Source of the DNA: Albugo candida
Taxonomy: Eukaryota
Direction: 5' to 3'
Assembly (NCBI GenBank): GCA_040437565.1
Contig: JBDOQK010000014.1
Coordinates: 248,001 to 312,000 of the forward strand
Length of the DNA stretch: 64,000 nt
Under the pieces are notes generated by a model. The model saw only the letters and a list, made by a program, of their open reading frames with translations. It was not told the origin of the DNA and searched no databases. The translations under genes were made by a program, and so were the position numbers. Position 1 is the first letter of the stretch. Each line of letters begins with the position of its first letter. Below, in pieces: positions 59,506 to 64,000 of this stretch.

Positions 59506-62500
59506 ATCAAGATTCCACCAGCCAAGACCATGGAAGTATTCGACGGATCAGATGAGTCGAAGATGGACCGATGATGCTGCTGTTGGAGACACTCGGAGAC
59601 CGACTGGACAAGATCGAACCCGAGCGAAGCGTTGGCTCGCCTGTACCACCACCACTCGCGCTATTGATTAGCGTATTTGCTGGACCAAGCAACCAAGGAC
59701 AAGGTTTGACAATGTCATCGCTGGATGCGAAACCGATGCAGCATCGTGAAAACGGGATGAGGAGAAGCTTTGTCCATGCGGTGCAACAAAATGCGCTGGA
59801 CGAGCTCAAAAAAAACAGATTCAGATTCCCGTGAGCAAGGGATATGAAGCTCGCGATTCAGCCACTCGACGGGAAGGAAACATACTATGGAATCAGTAGA
59901 ATTACTTATTATTAATTTTTTTTCACTCAATGGAGTTTTCGTTTCTTGCGGCAACTATCGCATGCCCAACAAGCATCCGGAGGGACCCAATGTGAGGAGG
60001 TGCATCTGGACTGCCTAGGGCGGCATCTGAGCGTCAAAGTGCTCACTTATTACGAGCAGCAAGTCCCTCAATGGGTGACGCAGTGCTCTAGTGTTGAAGA
60101 AGTGATGGACCGGATCAACGGTGTTTCGGCCCAATGTCACCAGAAAGCAAGCAACACGATTTTTTACGGCAAAAAAACGACTGGACGTTCTTGGAGCGTG
60201 CATTTTCTATTCCTGTCGGCAGTCAGTGAAGCAGTCGGTGGAGCAGATGTATGCTTCTGGAAAGCGTTAACAAGTACTCAGAACCTGATTTCAAACAAGC
60301 TCTGATGGCCAGTGTCGACACAATGAGAGAAGACACCAGACGGCAAGCCGAGGAATTGTGTCAATTTGCCCAGCTTATGGATTCAGACATCAGTGATGCA
60401 TCAAGAAAGCCAAAGATATGGACTCGCGACCGAATCAATGCGATAAGGGAATCGAAGCCGAAGACGCGAATGAAATGCTACAATTGCGAGAAAAGTGGAC
60501 ATATGAAAAAGGATTGCCGGAATCAGAGCTCCATCAGCAATGAAGACATCGTTGTAGGGATTGAATGCAAAAGTACTGCACTCTAACGAACGAAGGCAGT
60601 ATGGATTCTAGACAGCGGATCCTGCAGGCATCTCGTAATGGATCTAAGCATGTTACAACATCGAAAGAAGTGCAAGAATCATGCATTCCTCCAAATGGGA
60701 AGGAGATGAAGATGATATGGACAGTATCGGCGAAGATTATCGCAACAGTCAACGGTTTACCGAGAAGTGTTCTCTTGAACGATGTGCAACGGTCGGAACA
60801 CCTCCCTCGGAACACTGTGTCGTATGAAAGGCTGGAGGCAAAGGGATGCAAGTTGATGTATCGAGAGTTGTTCAGCGTACTTCTGATAGTGTGATCGTGT
60901 TCGAAGTAAATATGGTCAAAAACGTTCTCGTTATTGAGATAGAAGGTCGAGAACTCGTATCAAGTGTTATGGGTATACTCGCTTCAATTGATTCCGTGGA
61001 CAAAACAAACAAGCAGATAAGAAGTCTTTTACACTTCCATCATAGGGTTGATCATCTGAACTACGATACTATTAAGCGTATAGCAAAGATTCGGAATCAG
61101 GGATCGAAATTGACGACTACGGCGATTGAAATGCTTTAATTGCGTCGAAAGCAAGCAAACAAAGAACAAACACTCTCGAAATGATACCGGTATAAACGCA
61201 ACAACGGAACGAATTGGCGAAGTCATATGCAGTGATCTGAACGGTCCGATCACGCGTCTAGACCGACGTGGAAATCGATACTTGGTCAATCTCATCGACT
61301 ACAAATCGAACTATTGTCGGGTTTTCTTGGCCAAGACTAAGAGTGAACACCAGCAGCTATGAAGTTCCAAGATTTACTGATTTACTTCGAGAAGCGATTT
61401 GATTGCAAGATTCATGTTCTACGAAATGATGGCGCCGCTGAACACACAGATGTGGCGCCGCTGAACACACAGATGTCGACCCTTTTTGCAAAGAAGAGGG
61501 AATACGAAGACAAATCAATGGGGCCGAAAACCAAGCCTCGAATGGGAAATCCGAACGAATGGCATAGGACAGTCATGAACCTAGTGCGGTCTATGATATT
61601 TGGAAGCTCCATGGCGGGGTGATTCCGCTGAACATGCGACGTAAATCCTCAATAGAAGCCCAACCAGAGCGAACGAAGGAAGACAATCACTTTTGAAATT
61701 GCTGAGCGGGAAAGATACAAGTCTAGTTCATGTGGTAACATTCAACTCACCTTACTCGGTCCGCGTTCGAATTGGTCCGCGTTCGAATTGGATAAAAGTT
61801 CCCTTGTGCAAAGCGAACTGACCGAGGCATTGTCATCGGAAAATGTGCTGAAACCAAAGGGTACAAAAGGTATTTACCTTAACCAAAGACTACCATTATT
61901 ACTTGACACATTTCGAATGTGGAGTCAGCGTTGGAACGAGAAAATGGAAATGGGAATACCAAGGGATCTCAATAGGATTTGACAGATGCAGACGTGAAAG
62001 CTCATGAGGATACCAACATTAGAAAGAATCCAATCACAACTGCTACGAGAGCACGAACGATCTGAACCAGAAGGATTCAAGGAACAAGATGGTTACCAGA
62101 AACTAAGGAGGCAAAGATTCAGCTCGTGATATTGTTTCAGTGCTTATTGTGGCGGGATCAGAAGACCTACACTCAAGCAATCAAGCCAGTAAAGCATGTC
62201 GAATGGAAGGAGACTGCAGACGCAGAACCAGCCTCACTGGAGGAAAACGGAACATGAACGATTGTACCAAGAACCGAAGATATCGAAGCCTTACATACCA
62301 AGTGGGTATTCAAGCGGAAAACCAAAGCATACGAGAATTTGGAAAGGTTTAAGGCTAGAATGGTTGCCTACGGGAACGAACAGGTATTCGGAGTCAGGTA
62401 CGATATGACATTTGCAGCAATCGTGGATTTAGGGGCAGCAAAGCTCATAATAGCTTTAGCGAGGATCTGGGGAATGCCAGCGAGGCATGGTGACGAACCT

Positions 62501-63815
62501 ATGCGTACGTGAAGGCAGCGAAAGGAGAGGACTTGGACCTGTATTGAACGTGTCTCAAGGAATGGAAATTTCGATTTCGATGATGGATGAACTCTAAGTT
62601 ACGAGTCGTGATCAAATGGTACTGCGCTTACAGTAGAGTCTATATGGGTTGAAGCAAGAAGGACGACTATGGAGTCACCTTTTGCATGAAAAGCTGATAA
62701 ATACAGGTTTTAAGCAAAGTCTCGTAGACTGATGTTTATATTACGACCAAGACACAAATGGTATTACGGTTTTGGGGGTATATGTCGATGATATACTGAT
62801 AACGGGGGCAAGTATTTCGAGAATCGAGTCGATATTTGATAGTCTCTCAAGTCTTTCAATCAAGAATCTCGGACCCGTCAGCAGGTTCCTGCGAATGTGA
62901 GTTCAGTAAAGCGAAGAAGATGGATACTCTTTGGATCAGGAACCGTCCATATGTGAATTGAAAACAAAAATGGGTCTATATGAAGCGCATCCAGTCCTCA
63001 CGCCTATCGGTCAAGACTACAGCGATAGCACAGCATCAAATTCGGACTGCTTGAAGATGCGTTCAGTCAAGAAGCCAACGATCAAGAAATTTCCAGTCTT
63101 TGGCGGGAAGCCTTTTATGGTTTGCGCGTTGCATTCGTCCAGACATCAGTTTCGCTATACACAACCGGACGAGACATACTCATGCACCAACGACAGCCGA
63201 TTGGGCGTTAGGTGTCAGAGTGGTAAAGTATCTCAAGGTTACGAAAAGTCTAAAGCTCTATTTGGTTGGTGAAGTTTGCACCAATCCGAGATAAGTCATT
63301 CTAGGAGCGTTTTCAGATGCTGATCATGCAGCGGATGATGAAATGAGAAAAAGCGTATCTGGTATAGCATTCATTTTGAATGGAATGGCGATCATCTGGT
63401 CATGCAAATAGTAGCACTCAGTGGCATTATCGACGATGGAAGCGGAGTTCGGAGCAGCATCGAAGGCATCGCAGGAATTATTTGGAGCAAGGGAATTATT
63501 CCGAGTTGAACGTCAAAGTGAAGGAGGCAATGATCTTGTGGATGAATAACCAGGCGGCTATCAGTCAGTTTCTCTACGAAGCTACTTCAATCAAGGCTAA
63601 GCATATCGACGTCTGACTTAAGTTCGTCAGAGCTAACGTGGTCAACCAAATTATCGCACCAAGGTACGTGCATACATCGAAAATGTTGGCCGACTTGCAG
63701 ACAAAGGCGTTTCCGACACCAAGATTTCTTTAGCCAAGAGAGTTATGGCAGGTAAGGGATCGAACGATGAAAGTTGAAGATGACAAACTTCCAAGTGCGA
63801 CCAGAAAGGAAGGAG

Positions 63816-63967
63816 TATTGAAAGGACTCTGGAATGTGCTTAAGGTATCATCTAGTCGCACTTGGTACTTCGTCTAAACGATTGGTTAGGATTTTAATTC
63901 TCTAAAAATAAAACCTCAGTTTCCACAATTTTTTTCCAACGCAACCGTGTTCGCTCACCTACCAACA
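63816..63967 (+). repeat. 3' LTR (TA...CA, first dinucleotide mutated), preceded by polypurine tract AGAAAGGAAGGAG (63803-63815)
   Basis: Direct repeat of the 5' LTR, followed by TSD GTGAA. Confidence 0.92.
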
Positions 63968-64000
63968 GTGAAGAATTATATGTCTCTCTACGACCTTTCA

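Larger units (their letters stand above)
59347..63967 (+). mobile_element. Full-length but inactivated Ty1/Copia LTR retrotransposon
   Basis: Two LTRs, TSD GTGAA (59342-59346 and 63968-63972), PBS, PPT. Domain order gag knuckle CYNCEKSGHMKKDC, protease WILDSGSCRHL, integrase CSDLNGP, RT FKARMVAYG and YVDD, RNase H FSDADHA/KHIDV. Many stops and frameshifts. Confidence 0.95.

Noticed and set aside
1..64000. Numerous 60-170 aa antisense or alternative-frame ORFs; tRNA and rRNA genes
   Set aside because: The short ORFs are shadows of real genes or contain N runs. No tRNA or rRNA gene was recognisable by eye (tRNAscan-SE/cmscan not run).

Overview
Eukaryotic, intron-containing, very gene-dense DNA from a draft assembly with ten 100-N scaffold gaps, most flanked by duplicated overlap sequence. 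Short introns (mostly ~50-70 nt) and the protein families present suggest an oomycete with a compact genome (Albugo-like; inference only). Bases 1-53.8 kb hold about 25 mostly housekeeping genes: MetE, LACTB2-like MBL, RibD-type reductase, CFAP20DC, MAM33, SGT2, Sec7 ARF-GEF, PLPBP, PIH1, eIF5B, HSF, RAD50, two TruD/Pus7 paralogues, QCR7, DPH4, PheRS-alpha, PDK1, RPL22, RPLP2, Rab28, ELP3, a double-bZIP factor, an ankyrin-methyltransferase-MYND fusion and a LYR protein. Bases 53.8-64 kb are gene-sparse. They contain a truncated Copia relic, a decayed candidate secreted-protein gene, and a full-length but dead Ty1/Copia element with LTRs, a 5-bp TSD and a half-tRNAiMet PBS. The most notable observations are a long, self-complementary intron in RPL22, a Pus7 paralogue lacking the catalytic Asp, a MYND finger inserted inside a seven-beta-strand methyltransferase fused to a Yar1-like ankyrin domain, and a cluster of TGACGT sites upstream of a tandem aureochrome-type bZIP gene. 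Exon boundaries were inferred by eye and no database searches were run.
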